A DNA stretch of 56,652 nucleotides, counting the filler, from Sphacelaria rigidula (lineage: Eukaryota): the NCBI GenBank assembly GCA_964200075.2. It is 6 parts of 6 records of this genome, joined end to end, with 100 filler letters (N's around TTAATTAATTAA, not from the genome) between each part and the next. Parts side by side here need not be neighbours in the genome. Positions count along the whole stretch, not along the records: positions 28,378 to 37,736 come from CAXNAA020008684.1; positions 37,837 to 47,194 come from CAXNAA020008685.1; 4 more parts are not named here. One strand, written 5' to 3'. Both the position numbers and the translations under genes were made by a program. The notes under the pieces are model-generated. The model searched no databases. It was not told the DNA's origin and saw only the letters and a program-made list of their open reading frames with translations. Below are positions 36,915 through 47,294 of this stretch, piece by piece. The first letter of the stretch is position 1. Each line of letters starts with the position of its first letter.

Positions 36915-37551
36915 TCTGGGAAAAAAAGAAGCAGAGAAGAGAGACAAACGAGAAGAACCGAAAAGCGTTACTTTACAACGCAAATTTAAGTCCGTGAGAT
37001 AAGCAGACATGAACATGATATTCACCGTGAAATGCGCCGGCATGATCCGTGGGCATAGCCACGGTCATCCTGCTCCACCCAGCGCCCCCTGTCTCCTCGA
37101 GCGTCCTCTCTGGCAGTGGGGTCCAACCTTCGCCCTCCCCCCTCGCCAACCCTACAGCTGAGCCGGTCACCCACGCCGCGGCCTGTGCGAGCTCTCCTCC
37201 GGGCCTGTAATCGTTCGACTCACGAGAGGTGGCGCCTGGGTCGTTCAATGATGGAGGGGGGCAGGGAGAAAACAGAATACTATAGTATGTACAGTTAGGA
37301 TTCTAGAAACGTCTTGCCCTCTCCCCCCCCCCCAAGGAAGCATACACTACCGTACTGATTACTCCAGCGAACCAACGGGTTGTGCAGCACGAAACCCCGT
37401 GGAACCTACCGTCCTGCGTTGTTTGCGGGAAAACATGTTTTTTTCAAGTCGTTACCGGGTGTATACGTAGAAGAGTTACATCATACCCGCGCAAACAGTT
37501 CAATGAAAGTACTCCTGTCATCCCCCCTTCCCTCCCTCCCCACCCCGTCGA

Positions 37552-37736
37552 GTCTGGTCCGGCGAAAATCCGGCGTGCTCGGCTCCGGGTGTGTAGGGAT
37601 GCGAGGTCAATGGTCGTATTACTACGGCATGCAAGATCATGAGTACTTCCTCCCCCCTCCCCCCCCTTCCTGCTCCGTCTCGAAAGGGATGCGTGGTCAA
37701 TGGTCAAGTGACTAAGGCAAGCAACAAATGAGTACG
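37552..37736 (-). repeat. Family A modules M1-G-run-M2 at the contig end
   Basis: Direct sequence match to M1 and M2; solo M1 copies at about 530-590, 28403-28466 and 35875-35935. Confidence 0.8.
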
Positions 37737-37836
37737 NNNNNNNNNNNNNNNNNNNNNNNNNNNNNNNNNNNNNNNNNNNNTTAATTAATTAANNNNNNNN
37801 NNNNNNNNNNNNNNNNNNNNNNNNNNNNNNNNNNNN
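37737..37836. other. Artificial contig spacer
   Basis: N44-TTAATTAATTAA-N44. Confidence 0.98.
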
Positions 37837-40597
37837 CCCCCCCCCCCCTTATTTGTCCGTCCCCAAAAGGGAGGGGGGGCAAAGGGGGAAACAACAAGGA
37901 CACCAACAAAGGAGGACCCCCCCCCCCCCCCCCCGTATTCTTGCAACTATTTTTGCACCACCTGTGATCCAGGTATGCATGTAATGAATGGACGAATGAA
38001 TGTGTTCAGTTCGTTGCACGAGGGCTCATTTCCTGTGCTCGATGATTGGGTCTCTCTTGCTTGATCATTGTCGTCTGATCTTCGTGTCTTTTATTACACT
38101 TTTTAGGAACCGGCCATTAGGTCTTTGGGGGGTTGCTCGTGGATGCCAAAACGTCATTTTCTCTCTTTTTGTGTCCTTGCTGCCCTGAAATACTATTCTA
38201 TTCAAAGGAGAACAAGTTTCTAAAACATGCAACTATTTGTGTTTTTTCAATGTGAATCATGCCATTTTTTCAGGAGAAATCCCTGAAGGGCCAGTACGTT
38301 CATCTCATGCTTCCTATCAAACCATCGAATTGCAAGCCCATATCGCTGGAATAGCTCGCGAAGAGAACTCAAAAGAAAATAGTTATTTCAACTCTACAGG
38401 GTAATCTTGTGAGAATCATGACGATTCAGTCATCAAAGGCATCTCGATGAACAAAGGCTACTATTAGCGTGACGAAAACTTAATGAGCGATCTTTGAGGT
38501 GCGCAAGGCAAGGTTTTGTTTCTGGGGGCATACCGGGTGAAATTCGGGTATTTAGAGACGTATGTAAAAGGGGTAATTTATCGGTGAATATTGAATACCC
38601 TTCCGGACCATACCGGAGTGTTGGGAACGGAGCTCCATATCCTTCCGAGCCATACCGGAGGCATGTTTGCTAAACATTTCGGTATAGTTTACTACGGCCC
38701 CCCCCACTTACAGGAGGTATACCTTATATGACACAAGCTTGAAGGATTCTGTTCTAGTTTCGACGTGGGGGGGGGGGATGCGGCAGGGCTATTACACTGA
38801 GTGAAGGATGTGAACAGAAAAGACGTGCGTTCCCGTTGTCGCCGTAGTGATGTAAATCTACTACCCATGTGTAGATATTGTATATCGTCGTTTTGCGAAG
38901 TTTTTTTTTTCGCCAAGAAAACACGTTCGTACTCCGTCGACCTTCTTTAACCCTTTTGGAACCCGCCCCCTTCAGTCCCCGGGCCAGACGCCTTATTATA
39001 TTCAAGACCTTACGAAGAACAGTCGTGGACAGAAAAGACCGACGTCAACCATTTTTACGGCGGAATGGCACAGAAGAATCCACCAGCATACGTCATGCGC
39101 GCACTGAAAATGTTACCGCAGGGCAATCGGTTTAGTTTTGTCCTATGAGGGGATACTACAACGGATTAAATGTGTTGAACTCTGAGGCATACAGTCAAAA
39201 TAGCATTTGCGTGCCTGAACTGTACAAAAAAAGTTGGCACCTTGTCTATTTTTGGTATATACTGAGTCACGTGCTGCACTTGGACACATTTTTATACGGG
39301 TCTGAAGAAACACGGTTCGGGCCAACAGGTTTGTGTGAAAAGCTGTAAAAACTCAACCGTATGTCGTTCTAAAAACAGCACCCCGAAATAATCCACACTT
39401 TTCCATCGCCAGCGCCAAAGGGGTTGATAAAGCTGTGTTGGTTGTTGGTTGTCAGCCACTGTCGCCAACTTTCAAAATGTCAACTATTGTTAGATCTCTT
39501 GAGCAAAACCCTGCCACCTGCGTTTTTTTTCTTCCTCTTTCCCTCGAAGCTTGTTCAAAGTTTCCTGCGTGAGGTTGCCGTCTCCCCGTGCCTCCCGTCC
39601 TTAGATCGACTTTTATGGGAACGAATCTCGATTCTGTGGAGACCCTAATTTCTTCGAAATCGCGAGGGCTCATATGTGCGAAACTCAGATATGTTGGGAC
39701 CATTTTTTGGTTTCACATATTTGCGAGAGAGTGCTGTACACAGTCATTTTCTGCATTAGTGTGGCGTCGCGTACTCGTGAAGCCGAAGAGCAGGCGGGCG
39801 GTGAGTAGTGCTTCGAGTACTCTGTCCTACCATGGTACCCTAGGGTAATACAGTGCAGAGCACTCCATCATTACACTACATGATGATGCCGTGTGGTGAT
39901 ACATGATGACACAGTCGGTATTGCGAGAACAGTGAGCAGTGTGCGAGAAAGGGTCCATTAGTGCAGTGCTATACATCACCCTGCAAATACAGCGACAACA
40001 GAGTAGGATAGTACAACACTGTTCGCAATGGGGATACATGTGGCAGCGCAGTGGAGCATAATATATCACCATCGCCGCAGGTTACGGCGTCAACACTCAC
40101 TATCCGCTTGTCAAACCCCGTGCAAAGCTGCTTCAGCAGCTGACGCGGGGAGGCACGCTCTGCGCTGTCACGAAACTGTCGGTTGCAAAATATCAAACGC
40201 CTCTTACCCTAACATCGTATGTCAATGTACGCACGTCACCTTTCTCAAAATCGGGGGGACCTCAGCTCCCCGACTTTCGCCGGGAACAATCGTTCTGAAA
40301 TGATGAAATCCCGATTTTTGCTTCCCCAATTTCGCCCACACTGGGGTCGATTAAATGCGTTTCCCGATTTTTTGCCCCCCGATCTGCGTACAAATCGAGA
40401 TGAGCGATTGCCACATAAGTCGGTCTTGGTGTTTTTTCATCGCGTGCTTGCTGGTTCTGTGCGGAACCCGTTTGTTTTCCGTGTTGCTTTTACCGTCTTC
40501 CCGGCTCTGAGGAGAACCCACGTGTTTTTCGTGTTTTTCGTGTTCACTGGTTCTGTTCGAAACCCGTTCATTTCGTGGAGGAGGCTTCACCCGTGTT

Positions 40598-41016
40598 GGG
40601 CTACATCTACCCATGGTTGACACATTTGCACACCCTTGACAAAACATGGTCAATAGATGCAGTAGACTAAAAGTGTACTGGGTAATGAATAGACCTATTG
40701 CAACTACGGACAGCCATCAGTAGTTGCAATAGGCCTATACTTTATCCAGCACATATTTTATTCATTGCATCTAATGACTATATATTGTCATTATCCGGGG
40801 TGTGCACATTTTACAACTATCGCTAACCCTAATCCTCAACCCAACCCAAGGCATACCGAGAACCTTCGGGCAAGAAGGGAGCAGACGGCGCCGATTTGAA
40901 TAAAATCACGTTCAGCGCACCCTAGGAGCGCACCGGACTGCTGGCTCCGTCAAAGATCCGATCCTCGTTGTTCACACTCAAATTAAGTAATATCAACCAT
41001 GGGTAGATTGTAGCCC
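40598..41016 (+). mobile_element. Family T MITE (TIR GGGCTACA(A)TCTACCCATGGTTGA) interrupted by a nested foldback
   Basis: Reverse-complementary ends; removing 40627-40806 restores the 36.6-kb copy layout. Confidence 0.8.
40627..40806. mobile_element. 180-bp foldback element with a 4-bp CATT target duplication
   Basis: TGCACACCC...GGGTGTGCA ends; arms complementary up to a 12-nt loop; CATT at 40623-40626 and 40807-40810. Confidence 0.8.
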
Positions 41017-41368
41017 CTCTTGATGTAAACTCCACTGGTTTTCTGTGTTGCTTTGTCTGCCTTCCAGGTTCTGCTCGAAACCTGCTTGTTTTTTGCGTCA
41101 TTTTGTGTTCACTGGTTCTGCTCAGAACCCTTTCGTTTTCTGTGTTCCTTCCATCTATCTGTCTCCGTGCCTTTGGTCGGAACCTGCTTGTTTTTCGTGT
41201 TTCTTCTCCTTGTTCTGCCGCTGCTGCTGCTGCTGTGTCGCCGCCCGTTCTGTTTTGAAACCTGTACATCCCGTGTATACCTTGTGTCTCAATGAGTCTG
41301 TCCGAAACCTTTTTTTATCCTGACTTGTCGTGTGCGTGTGTTTTTCGTGTTTGTTGACTCGCGCGCAG

Positions 41369-41504
41369 ACGAAGGACAACGTTTTCGTTACCGCAGTTGT
41401 ATCGGTGCAGTACCAAGCCGTGGAGACAAAAATCTACGACGCGTACTACAGACTTACGGACCCTAAGGCCCAGATCCGCTCCTACGTGTACGACGTGGTT
41501 CGAA
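41369..41504 (+). CDS. HIR: SPFH/band-7 hypersensitive-induced-response-like protein, internal exon (TKDNVFVTAVVSVQYQ...QIRSYVYDVVR)
   Basis: Hallmark TKDNVFV and QIRSYVYDVVR motifs; cag| acceptor, A|gtgagt donor; upstream exons not found in this contig. Confidence 0.92.
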
Positions 41505-41654
41505 GTGAGTGGTGTACATCCACGACCGAAACGATCCCAGCACCGTTTTGCCCCGTGGTTGGACGGAATTTTCTCGGAATTTTGTTCCGTGATTTGAGTG
41601 TAAAAGAGGCGTCCTGAAGTCTTTGCCGTATATATATATATATATATATATGTA

Positions 41655-41910
41655 TATGGTTGATTATTCCGAACAAACTACGTAACAATAACGCTGACCA
41701 CAACCCTAACCCCGATCCAAGGCGCACGAGACCCTCGGGCAAGGGGGGTGCATGGGTATGCGTTGGCAGACCTCAAATGGACGCCACAGGCGCCGATTTC
41801 GACCAAAACACGTTCTGGACAAGCTGGGCCCACTGCTCACCTGCCCTTAATCACAAATTTTCTCACAACGTTCTCAAGTCTAGAATCAAGTAGTCCATGT
41901 TATCAACCAT
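41655..41910 (+). mobile_element. Family T element in an HIR intron, flanked by TA repeats
   Basis: ATGGTTGA...TCAACCAT ends, aaccctaaccc, hairpin with an ACA loop. Confidence 0.75.
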
Positions 41911-41944
41911 ATATATGCGACCAAAGCGTCAGGTCTACTGCCGT

Positions 41945-42176
41945 GGTTTGAGTGTGAACACCGGTGTTCGGATCTTTGGCAAGGCTGACAGTCTCGAGTG
42001 CTCCTAGCGTGTGCAAGAGGCGTTTTTGTCAGAATCGGCGCCCGCGGCGCCGATTCGAGGTGTAACGAAGCCACACTTTGCCCAGGGAACACTTTGCACC
42101 CCCTCCCCTCGCCCGAGGTTTCTTGGCATGCCTTGGTTAGCGGTAGAGATAGAGTTAGAGTTAGCGCTAGCGCTAA
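41945..42176 (-). mobile_element. Family T element, - copy, convergent with 41655-41910
   Basis: Hairpin GAATCGGCGCC-CGC-GGCGCCGATTC at 42032-42056; degenerate (TTAGRG)n at about 42136-42175. Confidence 0.75.
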
Positions 42177-43373
42177 TTCGAACTAAATATATATTTCCGA
42201 GAAGTTTATTGTCCGACCAAGTGGTATAATGACCTCACAGTTGAATCGTCGCCATGACAGCTGTTTCTCTCGGGTCGAGACGGTTCTGCTGAGTGACGCC
42301 GCGATAGTCCCCCGCCTGAAAAACAACAACAACAGCCCAGACTTGTAAAAAAACGAAGAAAATGCCCATACAGCGAATGGTAGCTGGTTTCGGAGTGCAC
42401 GAAATGCCTCATGTGGGTGGCATTGGCGACAACGACATCAAGCGTAAGGGTTCCCTGCTGCTCCACATGCTCGGCATCTGTTGTGTTTGTGTTATTCGCA
42501 TGTAGATTTTGCCCCTCAAACCAGCTGATTTTTCTTGGGAGGGCTTTTGCGGTATCACTCTGCTGCAACTCCCGTAAAAAAGCTCCGACCGCCCTCAACC
42601 TTGTTAGTTTGGTAGGTATTCATGCTCCAAATAGTATATATGTATTCAAAATATAAAAAAAAATCTTCGCTCTTTACCTGCGTCAGCGGGTCCCGCGGAG
42701 AAGACCCTCATACTCCGGTAAATGATGCCTAAAAATACATGTTCGCGTCCTGGGGTGGTTCAGGAGTCATCCGCACACGTTCTGGACCCCCGGATAACAG
42801 GCGGGAAAAATGGGGGGGGGGAGTATGCGGCATTGTGTTCAGCAACGCCCTGCAAGAGCACAAAGGGTTGATATCGATAGTGGTCCTCTTCTTGAGCTAC
42901 CTCGGAGTCTCGATTACTTCTCGAGATGAACCTTGCCTTTGCTTGCACAATCGTCCAGATACAAGAGCTGAAATATTGCGACGCACCAAAAACCAAAGCG
43001 ATAAATGCAACGTAATGCCGTGCTACGATAGGGACAAGGTGAGGAGGGGGGGAGGGGAGGGCTTTTATTCCACAAAAAAAAGGCTCATCGGTGTGTCAGA
43101 CGACTCAACACACTCGCGATTCGCTTATATTCGGGTACGGTGTCAAGCAGTATGCCTGAGCATTTTTCATCGGTAACATGTACGGTGGACAACCATTGCT
43201 GCGTTCAACGACGATTTGAGGTGAAATTTGGTGGAAGAAATGGTTTCAGAGTACCCTCCCCCCCTCTCGCGCCCGTATCGTAAAAGGACTCCGTACGCGT
43301 GTTATTTTATTTTATTTCATCTCCTCGTGTGTACGCGGACGTCATTGTCATTTGTCATTGTGTTCCTTTCCAG

Positions 43374-43420
43374 GTACCCTCCCCAAGCTCGACCTCGACC
43401 AGGCCTTCGACTCCAAAGAT
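43374..43420 (+). CDS. HIR: HIR-like protein exon ((S)TLPKLDLDQAFDSKD)
   Basis: tttccag| acceptor, |gtaagt donor; phase 1 in, phase 0 out; matches the family PKLxLDxxF motif. Confidence 0.9.
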
Positions 43421-43474
43421 GTAAGTGCACAGCATGCAAAGGCACCCCTCCACCCCCAACCCCCCAACCCCTCC

Positions 43475-43685
43475 TGAGGGTGCGACTTTGGGTGGGGGAC
43501 CTGGTCCTGCCAGAAAGGAGGAGATGAGGCCAGTAGCCGGCTGGAGGAGGAAATAAATGCACACAATTGCCCCTCTGGCGAAACAATAGAGTAGAACTCA
43601 CATAGTGAGAGAAATGCAACGAGAAACGGGGCGTGTTGGAGAGGGGAAATGTGGGGAGTATTGTAAACGAATGCGGCATGAAACC
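43475..43685 (+). mobile_element. LINE 3' fragment in an HIR intron
   Basis: LRLWVGDLVLPERRR-like segment, reverse-complement match to about 26240-26450. Confidence 0.75.
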
Positions 43686-43962
43686 GTATGGTCCTTTGCT
43701 AAGAGAACCCCAAGCATCCCCCCTGCCCCAAGGGTTCTAGGTATGCCTTGGGTCGGGGTTACAGTTCCAAGTTCGCGTTATTTGTAAAAATAAAGATGAA
43801 GCATGGGAAGATTATAGCCCAACGGGAACAACCGCATCTCCATGTATGAGGTCAAAAGAGGGGAGGATGTCCTGCTGGAATTTTGACGTATACCGCCCGT
43901 TGCACAAGCTCCATATCTCTCTCTGCGTTGAGATCGCCATTTTTGCATGTGCGAAGAGATTT

Positions 43963-44170
43963 TCAAGGGCAGGTCGAGTCGAGTATACTCGATTGCGGGG
44001 TATTTTGAAACTCGTGCTCAAAAGTATACAAATGGGGGGTAGGGTTTTACGGATCGCTTTCCCGTTATTTTTTGGGTACGACTCCTAACTCTCTACCCTA
44101 AGTTGAGTACCTCAGGTACGTCTTTCAAAATACCCCGCAATTGAGTATACTCTACTCGACCTGCTCTTGA
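43963..44170. mobile_element. MITE with ~55-bp TIR (TCAAGRGCAGGTCGAGT.GAGTATACTC.ATTGCGGGGTATTTTGAAA)
   Basis: Reverse-complementary ends; AGATTT on both flanks; related end at about 18455. Confidence 0.85.
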
Positions 44171-44568
44171 AGATTTCCTTTATGGCGTGTAACCTAGTCA
44201 ACGACCGTTACAGGTGCAGTTCTCACTGCCAAGAGTTGCGAAACTCCCATATCTGTACAGCTGGATCTGGGATCCCAAGGTAACGGAGATCTTTCCAGCG
44301 AACTGCTAGCAAGCGCTGGGGATCACTCTCCCTCTTCGGACGTCATCTGCCCTAATCGGGGCCGAGTGACCCAGCTGCCAAAAACACAAACACCCCCGAC
44401 TACGGTCAATCCTTGACTAAAGTAACACGAGGAAAATAACCGGCCACCTCCGACGGTTGCTACCGTCCACCAGGAGTCTCACGACCTCCACATCTAAAAA
44501 TACAAAATTTTACATCCTTGACGTGAAATAACCGTTGGTGGGTTGTGGATTATGACGTGATGTGACAG

Positions 44569-44757
44569 GATATCGCGGTGAACGTGAAGAATCAGCTCGA
44601 GACGGTGATGATGGAATATGGCTACCAAATTCTACAAACACTGGTGACCGACTTGGATCCCGACAGGCGCGTAAAGGAAGCCATGAACGAAATCAACGCC
44701 TCGAAGAGGATGCGCGAGGCCGCCACCAACAAGGCCGAGGCGGACAAGATCATGCAG
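44569..44757 (+). CDS. HIR: HIR-like protein exon ([32 protein letters not shown]...[25 protein letters not shown])
   Basis: acag| acceptor, CAG|gt donor, 63 codons; typical YGY.I.QTL..D..PD and AMNEINA motifs. Confidence 0.93.
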
Positions 44758-44834
44758 GTACCCACCGTTTCTTGTGCCCCCCCCCCCCCCCCCCCTCTCT
44801 CTCTCCCCACTCTCTTCAACCCCTCCTCCTTGCA

Positions 44835-44990
44835 AAATAGTCAGTACGCTTCTGGCCGAACAAACCTGACGGCGCTTCGTGCTTGGTGGTTGCGAGCCTG
44901 GTCCGGGGAAAACCCTGCGTGCTCCGTCCCGGCTTTGTAGGGATGCGAGGTCAATGATCTTATGACTACGGCATTCAAGATCATGATTAC
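44835..44990 (-). repeat. Family A M2/core fragment in an HIR intron
   Basis: cctggtccggggaaaaccctgcgtgctccgtcccggctttgtagggatgcgaggtcaatg. Confidence 0.75.
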
Positions 44991-45441
44991 GGTTCTACTT
45001 CACCCCCTGCCCCCCAAAGCCTGTTCGTTTAGCATCCAACTAAGGTTTCGGGCGGCAACAAGGATACGCTCTCCATGATTCGTATTTTAATTTTATCATG
45101 GAAGGATGTCGAGTGGTTGATCTACATACGCGTGTAGGAATAGTCCCCCCTTGTACGTGAAATATAGATCAGTCTCCACATGATGTATGTGTGGAGAGTA
45201 GGTTCCTGACAGTCCCCTGAAACATTCACGAAAGTCATGTCTCACGACCAACCAACGGCTTGCAAGCTGCATGGTCCCTACGGAGAGATCGCTCTGCAAC
45301 TATAGTGCGAGGACAGTCTTCGCGTTGGCCACTCTTCCGTGGGAGCATGGCTTTGTCATATACTCCGTACTTACTAATATATTATCAATATCAAATAGAA
45401 TGTAAGTATTATTGATATCAATGTCGGTTTTTAATGTGAAG

Positions 45442-45485
<44 letters not shown>

Positions 45486-45576
45486 AGTCCATCATATATA
45501 TTTTTGTAACATATTATTCATAGTTGAATGTTCACAGTATATTCACAATATATTTTATACGAAGGAAGGTAGTTAA

Positions 45577-46614
45577 CCCTTTTGGGACCGGGCCTCCAGA
45601 ACGACCAACGAGGCTGGTCAGGAATGACGTGTCTAGCGTCTGCACGAAACAGTGGCGTGTTGCTGAAGATCCGCGTATGTAATCGCAGGGTTATGATAAC
45701 GACCGAAAGTTCCCATCTATTTTCAGGTGCAGGGTACGCATTAGGTGGTGTACATCTAATGTAGCAAGCAGTATGGGTCGTGGTAAAGAGCTTCCAACAG
45801 GATGCGACGACCGGCGGGTCGCCCGCGACTTGTGGCTTTGGATGAGACTCTTGTCCCCATCACCTTGTCACACAGCCCTTGTGGTCGGGGTGGGCCGCCA
45901 TTTCCCACCTTGTTGCATGCGGCAAATTCTCTTCAAACGGTATTAGCGTTGCGGCGCGCATGCATACAACAGTATACTGTAGTACAGAACAGTCTAGTAT
46001 GCCTCTCCGACTGGAGCAGCAGCTGCCGCTGCATACTCCCTTGCACGTTTTGGGCAATTCTCAGCTACCGAAATCAGCTGCCTATATACAGCTTTGTCAT
46101 CCCCGTCCACAACATACATGTGGGCTGCACACTGCAAGTCATCCGCAGAGGGAAACGCAGAATTCATGACGATAGCTCCTTTGGTATTTCCACAGCCCAC
46201 CTGGATTTTGTGCCTCGTGAAAATGACCACATGGTGGCATGTACACTCCTTCCCGGTTTTTCCGGCCCACCCTTTGTTAGTGTAAATTACTACGTTTTAG
46301 TATATAATTGAGACCCAAAAAACACTCCGGAAAAACTCGGGAACGGTGTACTGAGTGCAAGTAATACCATAAAACCAAGCCGCGACCATCCTGCACTTGG
46401 AAACCTGGAGAGACTTATCTGGGCCAGGGATAGGGCCCCCGCACGATCTTTGACGTGGCATCACACTCGACAACGATCCCTGCGCTGGTCGTTCGGGTCT
46501 GGTCGATAATTTTCGCCTCGCCATGATTGGGCAGGTCGCTCAAAGACGTTCTTTTCAATTATTTCACTAACACAGGGTCAACCCTGTGTTCGTGGGGGTC
46601 CGGTCCCAGAAGGG
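45577..46614. mobile_element. Non-autonomous piggyBac-like element, 1,038 bp
   Basis: TTAA at 45573-45576 and 46615-46618; TIR CCCTTYTGGGACCGG (14/15); subterminal palindrome at 46569-46590; no transposase seen. Confidence 0.8.
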
Positions 46615-46618
46615 TTAA

Positions 46619-46752
46619 TTGAGTTTGATTGGCGAGAGTTGACGCGGTGCGAGATTGCTGACCCAACCGGCGAGACCAAAGTGCAAGGCGTGTACCGGGG
46701 GAGAGATGGGTTGATCCCTTGACACCACGTACTCGTCTCGAGGAAGGGGGGG
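46619..46752 (+). mobile_element. 3' part of the tRNA-derived SINE
   Basis: Matches the reverse complement of about 23541-23680. Confidence 0.75.
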
Positions 46753-46849
46753 AATTAAAATTGTGATGACGAAAAAAGAACAATGTTATTGATATTATGA
46801 ATGCGAGGATCCCATTTTGTCTGTGTGTGCACATGATGAACAAAAACAG

Positions 46850-46973
46850 GTTAAGGCTGCAGAGGCCGAGGCGGAGTCGAAGTACCTGAGCGGAGTGGGT
46901 GTGTCCCGCCAAAGGAAAGCTATCGTAGATGGACTACGCGAGTCGGTGCAAACGTTCTCCACCTCCATCGAAG
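46850..46973 (+). CDS. HIR: HIR-like protein exon ([41 protein letters not shown])
   Basis: aaaacag| acceptor, G|gtaacg donor; hallmark [19 protein letters not shown]; later exons lost at the contig end. Confidence 0.93.
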
Positions 46974-47008
46974 GTAACGGAGGCTTCTTTTCAGAGCTAG
47001 TATAGTAT

Positions 47009-47194
47009 GCGCCCCGGTGGTGTAATGGTCCGACTGTCGCTATTAGGGTGGAGAGAACGGGGGTTCGATTCCCGATGCGTTGGGTTTTTCTTCGTAATGT
47101 ATGATTTCCACCGTAGCAAGCGTGAGAACGTGAGTAAACAAAAGTAATCGACTGGGTTGTGTGACGTGAGTTGACGCGGTGCGGGAGTGCTGAT
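47009..47194 (+). mobile_element. tRNA-derived SINE, 5' part (cut by the contig end)
   Basis: A-box 47018-47028, B-box 47062-47072; colinear with the reverse complement of 23630-23819. Confidence 0.8.
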
Positions 47195-47294
47195 NNNNNN
47201 NNNNNNNNNNNNNNNNNNNNNNNNNNNNNNNNNNNNNNTTAATTAATTAANNNNNNNNNNNNNNNNNNNNNNNNNNNNNNNNNNNNNNNNNNNN
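47195..47294. other. Artificial contig spacer
   Basis: N44-TTAATTAATTAA-N44. Confidence 0.98.

Noticed and set aside
47009..47085. tRNA gene
   Set aside because: A and B boxes are present but no proper acceptor or anticodon stem forms, and homology with other copies runs far downstream, so it is a SINE head
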